A stretch of 64,000 nt of DNA from Candidatus Kerfeldbacteria bacterium RIFCSPLOWO2_02_FULL_42_19 (GTDB lineage: Bacteria; Patescibacteriota; Patescibacteriia; HO2-48-17): NCBI GenBank assembly GCA_001818315.1, contig MHKF01000001.1, positions 2,869-66,868 of the forward strand, given 5' to 3'. Positions 48,383 through 58,207 of the stretch are shown here, piece after piece. A model generated the notes under the pieces. It had not been told where the DNA came from and did not search any database. It saw only the letters and a list, made by a program, of their open reading frames with translations. How positions within the stretch are numbered: the first letter of the stretch is position 1; the number at the start of each line of letters is the position of its first letter. A program made the position numbers and the translations under genes.

Positions 48383-50305
48383 ATGGCATTAAAAATATTT
48401 GCGGAGGATCGGAAAAATAAAAAACGAAAAATCGTGGAAGGTATCCAAGAAATAAATACACAGCAAGCCCTCTCATCCATCTATAGAGATGAAGGAGGAA
48501 AAGATGTGGATATGACAAAAATGGAACGTACGTCGCGATATCATTATCTCAAGGTTGCTTTAGTTATACTTTTGATAGGTGGAGGTTTTGGAATCAGTGT
48601 ATATGGAGGTATGAAAGTTTTTCAAAAAAAATACGCATCGAACATCACAAAAGAAAAGGAAACAAAAATTTCTCTCCAAGGACCGGAAACAATTGCTTCT
48701 GGAGAAAAAGCGACATTCGAGATCACACTGGAAAATTTTGAAAAAGATGCGCTCAAAGAGAGTCTCGTCAATATTCAGTATCCAGATGGTTGGTATTTGG
48801 AGCGCACAGAGCCAAAAGCACTTAATGAGAGCGGTACACAAATTGAGATACCAACACTCGCAAGTGGCGGAGCGGTAAAAATAAAAATTGAAGGTCAAAT
48901 ACTCGGCGAGGTAGATACCACAAAAGAATTCAATATTTCATGGAGGTATCAACCTGTGAATTTTTCTTCAGATTTCGAAAAAGAAAAATCTTGGTTCGTG
49001 CGTATTAACTCTTCTATATTGAGTGTCGCATTAGATATACCACAACGTGCATTACCAAAACAGGATGTATCTCTCAAAATTCAGTATCAAAATACCTCAC
49101 AACTGAAACTCCCAGACGTTAAGTTAGAACTTTCGGCACCACAGGAATTTAAAGTCAAAAAGACAGAGCCAGAATATAAAGAAGAACTGACGTGGTATCT
49201 GCAAAACGTTGAAAGTGGTTCAAGCGGTACAATAAAAATCGATGGAGGTATTGATGCAACAGCAGGAAAAGAAATTGCCTTTACCGCAAAACTCAGTATT
49301 CGACAAGCAGATGGCGTCTGGACACCACAAATCGAAAAACAACGTTTGCTTTTGATTATTCATCCAGATGTCAAATTGACCTTTGTGTTGAATGACAATA
49401 AAGAAGTGAGCACCTTGCAATTAGGAGATATCGTAAATTACAAAGTGCAATACGAAAACACCACGGATATTGCGCTGAAAAATGTTGTACTCGAGTTGCG
49501 ACTGAAAGACGAACATAAACTTCTTGATCAAGAAGGTCTGATTTCGCAAACAGGAAAACCACACAAAGAAGAAAATCTTATGCGTTGGACGAGTGAACAA
49601 GATAAAAAATTAGCGTTGGTTGCACCTGGTGAAAAGAATGAAATCAGCTGGTCGATTCCAGTAAAAAAAGAACTGGGTCAAGATCAGAAACCAAAGAATA
49701 TTGCGATCGAACATCTGGTAGAACTGCGTTACGAAAGTGAAGACGAGGATATTCCAAAAGAGCTTCTCAAATTTCCATCGAAGCACATAACTACAAAAAT
49801 AAAAACGCAATCTCAACTCGAAACCGAAGCACGATATTATGCTGATGATCGAACAAAACTTGGCACAGGCCCGTTGCCGCCTGAAGCAAATGCAACGACG
49901 ACATATCGAATCTTTTGGTATCTCACGAATACATTAAATGAAATCAAAAAAGTTGAAGTCACCGCGAAACTTCCAGCTGATGCAACATGGGCTGAAAATG
50001 CTCAGGCAAAAAATGGCGATATTCGTTTTGATATAAGTAAGCGCACAGTGATCTGGAAAATAGAAAGTGTGCCCGCTCACACAACAGATGGAGCACTCTC
50101 AGCGTTTTTCGATATCTCAATTCACCCAACGCAAGATGATGTAGGTAAAATTATGGTGATTACTGAAAAAGCAACATTCACAGCGGAGGATGCATTTACA
50201 AAAGAAAAAGTTACTGGAGAAGCGTCGGTAATCACAAGCGACCTTGAGAAGGATCCTTTCGGTAAAGGTAAAGGAGAGGTAGAAACTGGTAAAAAGGAAG
50301 AATAA
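48383..50305 (+). CDS. Membrane-anchored multi-Ig-like (DUF11-like) surface protein
   Basis: One TM then repeated beta-sandwich units (Y.N...L..V.L), GPLPP..N.TTTYRIFW. Confidence 0.75.
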   Translation: MALKIFAEDRKNKKRKIVEGIQEINTQQALSSIYRDEGGKDVDMTKMERTSRYHYLKVALVILLIGGGFGISVYGGMKVFQKKYASNITKEKETKISLQGPETIASGEKATFEITLENFEKDALKESLVNIQYPDGWYLERTEPKALNESGTQIEIPTLASGGAVKIKIEGQILGEVDTTKEFNISWRYQPVNFSSDFEKEKSWFVRINSSILSVALDIPQRALPKQDVSLKIQYQNTSQLKLPDVKLELSAPQEFKVKKTEPEYKEELTWYLQNVESGSSGTIKIDGGIDATAGKEIAFTAKLSIRQADGVWTPQIEKQRLLLIIHPDVKLTFVLNDNKEVSTLQLGDIVNYKVQYENTTDIALKNVVLELRLKDEHKLLDQEGLISQTGKPHKEENLMRWTSEQDKKLALVAPGEKNEISWSIPVKKELGQDQKPKNIAIEHLVELRYESEDEDIPKELLKFPSKHITTKIKTQSQLETEARYYADDRTKLGTGPLPPEANATTTYRIFWYLTNTLNEIKKVEVTAKLPADATWAENAQAKNGDIRFDISKRTVIWKIESVPAHTTDGALSAFFDISIHPTQDDVGKIMVITEKATFTAEDAFTKEKVTGEASVITSDLEKDPFGKGKGEVETGKKEE

Positions 50306-50307
50306 AT

Positions 50308-50964
50308 ATGAAAAATATATTCGCAGAGCAATCAAGAAAAGGATTTTTTGTGTACAAAGAAAGTAGTTTTTTTCTCGATCGCGCACTGTTCCGATTTCGC
50401 ACGAAGGCAGATATTTTCAAAAATAAATGTTTCCATGGCATTGTTACAGTGCTTTATGAAAAATTAAAAATAAAACCAAATGTTCTGACAGCGCTCGGGT
50501 TTGTTTTTGGAATTCTTACGCCTCTCTCACTCTGGTATTCAGCACTGCCATGGGTTGCGTCAATTTTTTTGATTCTCTCTGTCATTTCAGATATTCTCGA
50601 CGGAACCATGGCACGAAAGTATGGGCTGACGAGTCGTTGGAGCAGTGCATTGGATATGGCAACCGATATCGTCACAGGGACACTGGTGTTGCTTGGCATA
50701 AGTTTTCTTATCGGTGAACTTACATTAGGCCTTGTTGCAGTAGCAGTATCTATGACACAACACTGGTTGCATGTCATACTTGCGTGGTTATCGCCAAAGA
50801 CTTCTCATACGCCTTTGCAGGGACATGTATATACCAATATCGCCTTCATTTTTACCTGGTATTCTTTCGGTATTTGGCTGTATATCATATTAGGTGGTAT
50901 GAGTGTGATCCTTGCAATCTATCATTTCTTTCGCGCACGAAAGATCGTAGGAGTCGCAACATAA
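50308..50964 (+). CDS. CDP-alcohol phosphatidyltransferase-family protein
   Basis: PNVLT, DILDGTMAR...LDMATD. Confidence 0.88.
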   Translation: MKNIFAEQSRKGFFVYKESSFFLDRALFRFRTKADIFKNKCFHGIVTVLYEKLKIKPNVLTALGFVFGILTPLSLWYSALPWVASIFLILSVISDILDGTMARKYGLTSRWSSALDMATDIVTGTLVLLGISFLIGELTLGLVAVAVSMTQHWLHVILAWLSPKTSHTPLQGHVYTNIAFIFTWYSFGIWLYIILGGMSVILAIYHFFRARKIVGVAT

Positions 50965-50990
50965 AACTTTGAGTTACGAAAAGGAAGATA

Positions 50991-52109
50991 ATGCAATTTT
51001 CACTGATTGCGACAAAAAATAAAGCACGGCGTGGAATATTAGAAACAGCGCACGGTAGTATACAAACGCCATTTTTTATGTCCATCGCAACAATGGGAGC
51101 AGTGCGTACCATGCGTATGGAACAAGTCCAGGCATTGGGAGCTGAAATCATCTTAGCGAATACGTATCACCTGTGGTTACGGCCGGGGTTATCGGTAATA
51201 CAACAAGCAGGGAGCTTGCATCAATTGATTCGATGGGATGGACCAATTTTGACTGATTCAGGAGGATATCAAGTGTTTAGCTTAGCAAAGCGGCGCAAGA
51301 TAACGGAAGAAGGAGTGCGTTTTCAATCCCATTGGGATGGTACAGAACACCTGTTAACACCAGAAAAATCAATACAAATTCAACGCGTGTTCGGTTCGGA
51401 TATCTGTATGGTTTTAGATGAATGTGTGGCATATCCAAGTGATTATGCAACTGCTGCACTTGCGGTAGAACGAACAACACGGTGGGCGAAGCGATGTAAA
51501 GAAGAGTTTCTCAAAAACACATCGAACGCATCCGCGCTTTTTGGTATTGTTCAAGGGTCGACATACCCTGCACTGCGTTGTAAAAGCGCTCAAGAGCTTA
51601 TAGAGATTGGATTTGATGGATTTGCACTCGGTGGACTCGCAGTCGGAGAACCGGCAGAGTCCATGTATCGTATGATTGAAGAAGTTGAAGGAATGCTACC
51701 ACAAGAAAAACCTCGATATCTCATGGGTGTAGGAAGACCAGAAAATATTCTCGAAGCGGTCAAACGCGGAATAGATATGTTTGATTGTGTAATACCTACG
51801 CGCAATGCACGACACGGCATTCTCTATATTTGGAAGGAACGAAATCTTTCGCCTTGGTTCTTAAAGACTGCAACACAAAACACTTCATGGTATAAAGCGC
51901 TCCATATTACTAACGAGCGCAACAAAAATGCACACAAAAAGATCGATGAACAGTGTTCGTGCAGCACGTGTTCTCACGGGTATTCGCAAGCATTCATACG
52001 CCACCTCTTTCAAATAAACGAACCGCTTGCCATGCAACTCGCTACAACTCACAATCTGCGATTCTATATAGAGCTCATGGAGACACTACAGAAATTGATA
52101 CAAGCATAA
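50991..52109 (+). CDS. tgt: tRNA-guanine transglycosylase
   Basis: LANTYHL, TDSGGYQ, LDEC, GGLAVGE, DMFDCVIPTR, CSCSTC...H Zn site. Confidence 0.97.
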   Translation: MQFSLIATKNKARRGILETAHGSIQTPFFMSIATMGAVRTMRMEQVQALGAEIILANTYHLWLRPGLSVIQQAGSLHQLIRWDGPILTDSGGYQVFSLAKRRKITEEGVRFQSHWDGTEHLLTPEKSIQIQRVFGSDICMVLDECVAYPSDYATAALAVERTTRWAKRCKEEFLKNTSNASALFGIVQGSTYPALRCKSAQELIEIGFDGFALGGLAVGEPAESMYRMIEEVEGMLPQEKPRYLMGVGRPENILEAVKRGIDMFDCVIPTRNARHGILYIWKERNLSPWFLKTATQNTSWYKALHITNERNKNAHKKIDEQCSCSTCSHGYSQAFIRHLFQINEPLAMQLATTHNLRFYIELMETLQKLIQA

Positions 52110-52273
52110 CGGAGAAGAAGCTCTTGGTATAGAATTTGGCAGTGACAACGTAGCAAATATAAGATATCAAAACCCAATCTCAAAAGTTAAAAATAAAATG
52201 CCTTATTCCCCACAGAAACCGAAATTTATGGTATAATTTTTTATGAAGATGAAACACATCAAAAAATAAATAT

Positions 52274-52672
52274 ATGAGTCTGCAAGCAGCAAAACTCATT
52301 GTTGTGCATATCACACGCGGCATTTTTTTTGATATTCTCTATTTTCCAATTTGGTGGATAACGCGAGGAATCACGAGCGCAGTCAAAATAAGTGTGAATT
52401 GGATGCGACATTATGCTCATCGTTTTGCCTTGCTTATTCTTCTGAAAAATCTCCATAAACCGATGTTCGGTCAAACCGACTGGCAGAGTCGCATTATTAG
52501 TTTTTTTGTGCGACTTGTACAATTTGTTGTCCTTACAGCAGGCTGGATCGTTTGGTGCGCTATTATTAGTATCGTGACACTCGTGTGGATCTTAATGCCA
52601 TTCTTTATTCTGTGGGCGATCATGTATCAATTGACTCTTGTGCGTACGCCACCTTTCTCTTGGTGGTTATAG
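52274..52672 (+). CDS. Hypothetical membrane protein
   Basis: YFPIWW...KNLHKPMFGQ, TM-rich; immediately upstream of the Clp ATPase. Confidence 0.75.
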   Translation: MSLQAAKLIVVHITRGIFFDILYFPIWWITRGITSAVKISVNWMRHYAHRFALLILLKNLHKPMFGQTDWQSRIISFFVRLVQFVVLTAGWIVWCAIISIVTLVWILMPFFILWAIMYQLTLVRTPPFSWWL

Positions 52673-52681
52673 CTTTGCAAG

Positions 52682-55477
52682 ATGGAAGCTCAAAGTAAAA
52701 AAACAAATGTTCATTTTTTTGCCTGTCCGACGTGTGTTGGGTACGGGTTTTTAGTGACACCCGCAGGAAAACCGATTACATGTTCTCAATGCGTTGGAAA
52801 GGAAAGTCTCGTAGGAATTTTAGGAGGAAAAATTTTATATTGGGACCGACCCATCGATCAATTAGTGATATTCGAGGAAAAAATAATACGCACCGTAAAA
52901 TATGCACGCATTGGAATACTGACAACGCTTTTGACGTTTGGAATCTTAATGTTTCTTTTGGAATTTTGGAATATTGTGCAAGAGGGCGAATCATTCACGT
53001 TCCTGATCACAAGACGAAGCCCGCTGTTGCTTATCTTCTATCTTACGCTTCCGATATTCTTTTATCTCTTATTTGTTTACTATCGTGGGAAAACGGTGTC
53101 GCATCCCATTCCGTGGAGAAAAACCGAACGCGATGAAGTGATTGCACAAGAAAATTTTGAAGGAGCAACTTATAACACTTTGAAGAATAACAAAAAAACA
53201 AAATTGAATGTGAGTTCTTTTGTAAATGAAGAGGTCTATAAAATACTCGAACACGCGTTTCAATATGCTGAATCCATGCGGCATCAGACAGTTGAACCGT
53301 TACACGTACTTGCCGTGCTTCTCCCCACAACAAAACTTCGACTCATTTTTGGCCGACTCGGCATACCTCCGGTGGAATTTCACAAGCGCGTTGAAACACT
53401 CCTTGAAAAATTTTCAGATAAAAAATTTCAACAAGCGCTCCCAGGTCATAAATGGTACAAAATGCTCATGGTTGCGTATGAAGAAGCTTTTGTTGGAGAA
53501 CGTGATCAAATCCAACCTCAGGACCTTCTATTTGCGCTGGTCAAGGTCGACAAAAAAATCCAGGATATTTTCTATGATTTAGGAGTGGATCTGACAAAAC
53601 TTCATCATGTTTCGGAATGGGTTCACGCGCAGAAACAACTAGCGGAAAACGTTCGCAGATGGCAACGAGAAGCATTATTAAAACCAAAAAATACCATGAA
53701 TCGGGCGCTGACAGCACGTCCTACACGAGTACTGGATAGTATGAGTCAGGATTTGACTCTTATGGCGCGCACAGGTAGTTTTTTTCCGCTCATCAACCGC
53801 AAGGAGGAACTCGCAGCTACCTTTCGTGCGCTCAAAGAAGTTGGTGGCAGTGTGTTATTCGTTGGAAATTCCGGTACCGGAAAAAGTGCAGTTATTTATG
53901 GACTTGCGGAACGTATGGCAGCAGAAGAAGTTCCCGAACAATTGAAAGATAGAAGATTAGTTGCGATGAATATCGGCGCGCTTCTTGCAGGCGCTGCTGG
54001 CGTGGGTGTTGCAGAAGAAAGAATGCTCGCGGCCATTAAGGAAATTACACTTGCTAGTAATGTCATTCTTGTGATCGAGGACATTGATACATTATTTAGT
54101 GGAGCGATGGGCGCAGCGGTTGAGAGTGCACAAATTCTTACGGATTTTATTGGACAAGGACTTATGAAAGTCGTTGCTACGGCACGTACAGAAGAATATT
54201 TGCGCTTTCTCCAAGATAAAGGGAGCTTCTTGCGGCGATTTAAAAAAATTGTCGTGGAGGAACCGAATTTTGATCTCACGATGCGCATCCTCCAATCGCG
54301 GGCAGGTATATTTGAATACCGCTATAAAGCATATTATTCTTATGACGCGCTCGAACAAACGATTCTGCTGACGACGCGTTATTTTCACGAAAGGTATTTG
54401 CCTGAAAAGGCATTGGATGTCATAGAGCAGGCTGCAATTTATGCTGCAGAAAAACGTGGCGCCAAAACAATTGTAACCAAAGCCGATGTAGCAGAAATCA
54501 TTGCGCAGCACACGAATATTCCGGTAAAAGAAATTACAGCAGAAGAAAGTGAAAAACTCCTGATGTTGGAAGAACAGATTCATGAACGGCTGATAGATCA
54601 AGAAGAGGCGGTACGATCCGTGGCTTCGGCTCTCCGTCGAGCACGAGAGGAATTACGTGATATCACGAGACCTATTGCGAATTTACTTTTTTTGGGTCCG
54701 ACGGGAGTAGGTAAAACAGAACTTGCCAAAACCGTAGCTGCGCTTTATTTCGGTGACGAAAAAAAGATGGTACGCCTCGATATGTCGGAATACCAGGATC
54801 AGTTAAGTATCTATCGCATGATCGGTTCACCAACAGGAAGTCAAAGTGGAGGTGTTGGAGGATATCTCACCGAAGCGATACGACATTCGCCATTTGCAGT
54901 ACTTCTCCTGGATGAAATTGAAAAAGCGCACCCCGATATTCTTAATATTTTTCTGCAAGTTATGGATGATGGGCGATTGACCGATACGCTCGGTCGTACT
55001 ATCGATTTTACACACACGATTATTATTGCAACTTCAAATGCTGGCGCACAGATGATTCATGATAGCGTCAGACAGGAAATGCCAATGGAAAAAATTAAGG
55101 AGCAGCTCATTGAAGGTGAAATACCAAAATATTTTCGACCGGAATTTATTAACCGTTTTGATAACGTTATTGTTTTTAAACCTTTATCAGAAGAAGATAT
55201 ATTTGCGATTGCCAAACTTCTTTTGAAACGTGTGGCGCGTGATTTAGAAAATAAGGGAATTTTCTTTTCTACTTCAGAAGACGCAGTACGCGAACTCGCA
55301 GAAAAAGGATTCGATCCGAAGTTCGGCGCGCGTCCATTGCGTCGTGTGATTCAAAATCATGTGGATGACGCACTGGCGAAATTGCTTTTGAAAGGAACCT
55401 TAGGAAGGCGAGATCAGGTTATTCTTGAAGTTGGCGGAAGAATACGCGTTGAAAAGGCAGAGCAGCTTGTGACATAA
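52682..55477 (+). CDS. ClpA/B/C-family AAA+ ATPase with N-terminal Zn ribbon and two TM helices
   Basis: CPTC..CSQC, 2 TM, Clp-N repeats, GNSGTGKS, LPEKALD, GPTGVGKT, LLDEIEKAHP, FRPEFINR, GARPLRR. Confidence 0.93.
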   Translation: MEAQSKKTNVHFFACPTCVGYGFLVTPAGKPITCSQCVGKESLVGILGGKILYWDRPIDQLVIFEEKIIRTVKYARIGILTTLLTFGILMFLLEFWNIVQEGESFTFLITRRSPLLLIFYLTLPIFFYLLFVYYRGKTVSHPIPWRKTERDEVIAQENFEGATYNTLKNNKKTKLNVSSFVNEEVYKILEHAFQYAESMRHQTVEPLHVLAVLLPTTKLRLIFGRLGIPPVEFHKRVETLLEKFSDKKFQQALPGHKWYKMLMVAYEEAFVGERDQIQPQDLLFALVKVDKKIQDIFYDLGVDLTKLHHVSEWVHAQKQLAENVRRWQREALLKPKNTMNRALTARPTRVLDSMSQDLTLMARTGSFFPLINRKEELAATFRALKEVGGSVLFVGNSGTGKSAVIYGLAERMAAEEVPEQLKDRRLVAMNIGALLAGAAGVGVAEERMLAAIKEITLASNVILVIEDIDTLFSGAMGAAVESAQILTDFIGQGLMKVVATARTEEYLRFLQDKGSFLRRFKKIVVEEPNFDLTMRILQSRAGIFEYRYKAYYSYDALEQTILLTTRYFHERYLPEKALDVIEQAAIYAAEKRGAKTIVTKADVAEIIAQHTNIPVKEITAEESEKLLMLEEQIHERLIDQEEAVRSVASALRRAREELRDITRPIANLLFLGPTGVGKTELAKTVAALYFGDEKKMVRLDMSEYQDQLSIYRMIGSPTGSQSGGVGGYLTEAIRHSPFAVLLLDEIEKAHPDILNIFLQVMDDGRLTDTLGRTIDFTHTIIIATSNAGAQMIHDSVRQEMPMEKIKEQLIEGEIPKYFRPEFINRFDNVIVFKPLSEEDIFAIAKLLLKRVARDLENKGIFFSTSEDAVRELAEKGFDPKFGARPLRRVIQNHVDDALAKLLLKGTLGRRDQVILEVGGRIRVEKAEQLVT

Positions 55478-55494
55478 CGCTTCATTCAATTCAG

Positions 55495-56094
55495 ATGCGA
55501 GTTTGGTGCATCTACGGCGCTTATACCCGAAGACAAAATTGCATATACAATGAAGCTGTTGTGGTCGACCGCAAAGGTCAGACGCTATATATTTATCAAA
55601 AACAGCACCTCTGGCAACTGATGGAGAAAGGCGAAATAACCCCTGGACCCGGTACCAACAGAGTGATCGAAACCGAGTTTGGCAAAATCGGTGTGATCAT
55701 CTGTTGGGACATCGCGTTCCCTGAAGCCACGCGAAAACTCGCTCAGCAGGGTGCACAGATAGTATTCTGCCCCGCATACTGGTATGGCCGCCAGCATCAC
55801 ACAAGTGAAATAATCAGAATACTTCCGCAAGTTCGGGCTTTTGAAAACCAGATCTACTTCGTACTGTGTGATGCTGCTACATGGGAAACGGCTGGGAGGA
55901 GTAGAATCTGTTCGTCTTTACAGACTCTCGCCGCTACGAATAATACGGATGAGCGGATTCTGATCGCTACTGCTGATTTAGAAGAGCTTGAGAAACGTCG
56001 AAGACTCTTCGATTGCTGGAGGACACAACAACGTTCCAAGAGTGATATAGCCTGTGCGTTTCCGCCCGGTAGTAGTATCGAAGAAATCGAATAA
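55495..56094 (+). pseudogene. Carbon-nitrogen hydrolase (nitrilase family), N-terminally truncated
   Basis: YN, YQKQHLW (Lys), ICWDIAFPE (Cys), RAFENQ present; the first part carrying the catalytic Glu is missing and there is no room upstream. Confidence 0.75.
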
Positions 56095-56116
56095 GTAAAG
56101 ACCCTTGAGGCACTTC

Positions 56117-56145
56117 AGCGCTGACACTTTGTGTCCAGCGCTTTT
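56117..56145 (+). terminator. Probable intrinsic terminator
   Basis: agcgctgacac/gtgtccagcgct stem plus TTTT. Confidence 0.55.
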
Positions 56146-56201
56146 GATTTCAAGTTAACTACCAACCATATACACATGCTGGATCGATAAAGCCAGGTGA
56201 T

Positions 56202-56230
56202 TTGACAGGAGTCTATAAATAAACTAAACT
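56202..56230 (+). promoter_or_regulatory. Sigma70-type promoter driving the riboswitch leader
   Basis: TTGACA-17 bp-TAAACT, about 20 nt upstream of aptamer P1. Confidence 0.7.
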
Positions 56231-56248
56231 GACATCAAACTTAATACT

Positions 56249-56352
56249 ACGTATCCAGAGTGTGAGATGCTAAGGGATCTAGCCCGAAGCTCACCCGCAA
56301 CCGACCTCATAAGACACGGTGCGAACTCTAGCCCGAAAGGGGAAGATATAAG
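56249..56352 (+). promoter_or_regulatory. SAM-I (S-box) riboswitch aptamer
   Basis: P1 GTATC/GATAT, J1/2 CAGAG, P2 GTGAG/CTCAC and GGG/CCC, P3 CGC-AA-CCG/CGG-T-GCG (GCAACC...GGTGC core), L2 CTAG complementary to J3/4 CTAG, P4 CCC-GAAA-GGG. Confidence 0.88.
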
Positions 56353-56454
56353 CAAACTGGATGCGTCGCCCTGTAAGGCGATTTTTTGATGCGCTTGCAG
56401 GTTATAGCGACGCATTTCCAATTCCTGGCAAACCTCATCAAGGTCACAATTGCC

Positions 56455-56489
56455 AAACCCGTATCTTCCCCTCAAGAGATACGGGTTTT
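56455..56489 (+). terminator. Leader terminator/attenuator hairpin
   Basis: aaacccgtatct/agatacgggttt stem followed by T, 46 nt before the start codon. Confidence 0.65.
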
Positions 56490-56535
56490 AGGTTGAAAGA
56501 CCTTTGATTGAGCACATTGAAAAAAGGAGATCAAC

Positions 56536-57762
56536 ATGTTGACGGTGATAACTATTCAGTCTCGAGCTGGCGGAACTGGAAAAACTTGTATTGGGTTGAG
56601 CGCAGCAGCACAACTTGCTGCCGTGGGGCGAAAAGTTGCTTTCATAGAACTTGATGCGCAAGGAGCTCATCTTGGGCAATGCCTTCCCCTAGGCGGGGTC
56701 GCAGTGCCAGATGGTGAACATTTGAAGTTTCAGTGCGAGGATACCAGTTGTAGTCCTTCGATCTCGTACCGGGATCGACCGTATCTCTTCTGGTGGCTCG
56801 CGGGGAATCCAAAAGCACGTGGGCGGAAGGCACTCCAATCTGGCCAGCGGCTCGTAGTTTCTAAAGTGGATAAGCAGAGAGCAAGTAACAAAGGATTGTC
56901 AAGGTTACTTGAGACGATGATTGAACACCTGACTATTTTTCCCGCTTCCTGCTACGTGAGTGACATAGACGAAGTGAACGGGATGGTGTTGGATCGAGAT
57001 CATCAACGGAGTTACAAGAATTTTCTCACGAACCTCACAGAGGTTTTGTTAGAGGAGAAGTATGAGTTTGTGTTCGTCGATAACGCTCCTGGTCTCTCAT
57101 TCAACGGAGGTATGAGCATAAGTTGGACGACACAGTTCTCACGTTCTCCGCAACACAATGTTCAAGTATGGATTTGGGCTATCACGCGCGAGAGTTGGTG
57201 TGAGCCAGGTCTTCTGGTCTATGAACTGAATGCTTTTGAAAAGATTCGCACACCTGTCTTCCCAGTTCTTGTTGTGAATCGGACGCCACATCCAAAGTGG
57301 CTTGGTTGCTTTGAGAGGGGAATGACAACGAATATCAGAGATCTTTGTGATAGAGCGCGGACAGATCAACAGGCGCAGAACAGGTTGTCTGAACTCCAGT
57401 CGCTTTTTCTCGACGTACCACTTTGGTTGGGAGCGGGACGCAATACTGAAGATTTGTTTCGCGATTTCGTCCTGCCGAGTAATTTCAGGATTGCTGTCGT
57501 AGGAGAAGACCCTACAATAGCAAGCGTCGCTGTTATGGAATATTCTGTCGAATCGAAAGAAAATCCGACAGATGAAATCTGTACGGCGTTGGAAGGAGAC
57601 GGTGTACGGCGTTGGGGTCGTCGCACTGAAGAATTCGTCGCGCAGTTCTTTCTTCCAGCTATCTCGAAGTGCAATAGTACAGGTGGCGTTGTTGATAGAT
57701 ACCCGACAGGTTTTCATGGAGAAGTATGGTCTGCTCTCGTGAAACCGCTGCTCGAAAAATAA
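56536..57762 (+). CDS. Divergent ParA/MinD-like P-loop NTPase
   Basis: TVITIQSRAGGTGKT, KVAFIELD, YEFVFVDNAPG, LVVNR; AAGGAG SD; long insertions and C-terminal extension. Confidence 0.8.
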   Translation: MLTVITIQSRAGGTGKTCIGLSAAAQLAAVGRKVAFIELDAQGAHLGQCLPLGGVAVPDGEHLKFQCEDTSCSPSISYRDRPYLFWWLAGNPKARGRKALQSGQRLVVSKVDKQRASNKGLSRLLETMIEHLTIFPASCYVSDIDEVNGMVLDRDHQRSYKNFLTNLTEVLLEEKYEFVFVDNAPGLSFNGGMSISWTTQFSRSPQHNVQVWIWAITRESWCEPGLLVYELNAFEKIRTPVFPVLVVNRTPHPKWLGCFERGMTTNIRDLCDRARTDQQAQNRLSELQSLFLDVPLWLGAGRNTEDLFRDFVLPSNFRIAVVGEDPTIASVAVMEYSVESKENPTDEICTALEGDGVRRWGRRTEEFVAQFFLPAISKCNSTGGVVDRYPTGFHGEVWSALVKPLLEK

Positions 57763-57804
57763 AACAACAAGACGTACATTATCTCACAGTGAAAGGAGAA
57801 AAAG

Positions 57805-58185
57805 ATGAGTGCAAAACAAAACATCATGTATCGTGTGGAAAAGTTCCTGCCGCCGGAATGTCCCAAGTGCCGGCATGTGTTTCAGAAAGAAAGCAGTGAT
57901 TACACGCTGCTGCTCGGCGATATTGTCGAGGGAAAAAAAGTCGTGCGCGAAACCGTCGGTTATGGCATCATTGTGTGCAGTCACTGTGAAAATTTCACAG
58001 CGCGACTACCTGTGGAAGCCTGGCAAGTTGGAGACCGCAAGCGAGCAACAGGGTTGCTAAACGAGGGATTTGTGAATCTCAAGAAGGTGATCAGCATCGG
58101 CAGTCACACTCAGGATTTTCATGAGATTCACGGTTCGCTTGGTCTTGCTGCGCACGGAGTCGGTCCAGTGACTTCGCGTAAGTAG
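57805..58185 (+). CDS. Zn-ribbon protein
   Basis: CPKC...CSHC; AAAGGAG SD. Confidence 0.7.
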   Translation: MSAKQNIMYRVEKFLPPECPKCRHVFQKESSDYTLLLGDIVEGKKVVRETVGYGIIVCSHCENFTARLPVEAWQVGDRKRATGLLNEGFVNLKKVISIGSHTQDFHEIHGSLGLAAHGVGPVTSRK

Positions 58186-58207
58186 CATTGCACCGTTCTT
58201 TTGAGAA

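Noticed and set aside
56536-57762. Chromosomal or plasmid partition locus
   Set aside because: No parB, parS or rep nearby and the Walker A is deviant.
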